Shown here in pieces: positions 63,490-64,000 of a DNA stretch of 64,000 nt. The DNA is from Chiloscyllium plagiosum (lineage: Eukaryota), in NCBI RefSeq assembly GCF_004010195.1, contig NC_057720.1, forward strand, positions 4,699,426 to 4,763,425, written 5' to 3'. Both the position numbers and the translations under genes were made by a program. How positions within the stretch are numbered: the first letter of the stretch is position 1; the number at the start of each line of letters is the position of its first letter. The notes below the pieces were generated by a model. That model had not been told where the DNA came from. It did no database searches and saw only the letters and a list, made by a program, of their open reading frames with translations.

Positions 63490-63698
63490 GTTGAAATGTG
63501 TGGCGCTGGAAAAGCACAGCAGGTCAGGCAGCATCCGAAGAGCAGGAGAGTCAACGTTTCAGGCATATACCCTTCATCAGGAATCTGCCCGAAATATTGA
63601 TTCTCCTTCTCCTTGGATGCTGCCTGACTGGCTGTGCTTTTCCAGCACCACACGTTTCAACCCTGACTCTCCAGCATCTGCAGTTGTCACTTTCTCCA
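63490..63698 (+). mobile_element. Family A fold-back pLTR cassette in a CR1 tail
   Basis: Inverted arms; ggatatggg duplicated at both sides. Confidence 0.75.
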
Positions 63699-63759
63699 TG
63701 GATATGGGCCAAAGGCAGGCAGAAGGGATTGGTTTAATTTGGCGTCATGTTCAGCATTA

Positions 63760-64000
63760 TGGGTGGCACGGTGGCACCGTGGTTAGCACTGCTACCTCAC
63801 AGCGCCAGGGACCCGGGTTCAATTCTTGCCTCGGGCAACTGTCTGTGTGGAGTTTTCACATTCTCCCCGTGTCTGAATGGGTTTCCTCCGGGTGCTCCGG
63901 TTTCCTCCCACAGTCCGAAAAAAAACGTGCAGGTTAGGTGAATTTGCCATGCTAAATTGCCCACAGTGAAGGGGTATGGGGAATGGGTCTGGGTGGGTTG
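63760..64000 (+). mobile_element. HE1-like V-SINE (runs off the window edge)
   Basis: Same family. Confidence 0.85.

Noticed and set aside
2744..63700. Recurrent hairpin repeats as a CRISPR array or bacterial REP elements
   Set aside because: Dispersed rather than regularly spaced; eukaryotic intronic context; no cas genes.
57500..64000. GNG5, the head-to-head neighbour of SPATA1 in mammals
   Set aside because: No G-gamma-like exon recognised; the region is CR1/SINE debris.

Overview
Vertebrate genomic DNA, almost certainly from a cartilaginous fish (shark-type HE1/V-SINEs, CR1 LINEs and DeuSINE-like elements dominate). The window holds the 5' ~500 codons of a SPATA1 (spermatogenesis-associated protein 1) ortholog on the minus strand. 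I assembled it by hand as 10 GT-AG coding exons with mutually consistent phases (57457 to 1613); the C-terminal exons lie beyond the left edge. The introns are mostly nested mobile-element debris: CR1 and Rex/Babar LINE fragments, several tRNA-derived SINE families, a Tc2/pogo-like MITE, and four distinct Penelope-like element (PLE) families. The most striking signal is that each PLE family carries its own minimal hammerhead-ribozyme motif (CUGANGA-N-stem II-GAAA-NN-UH). The families differ in sequence but show compensatory changes in stems I and II. These motifs have been amplified as roughly 30 short non-autonomous copies, many of them fold-back inverted-repeat cassettes of ~150-550 bp flanked by 9-15 bp target-site duplications. 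There are two assembly gaps. All family names come from motif recognition, not database searches.
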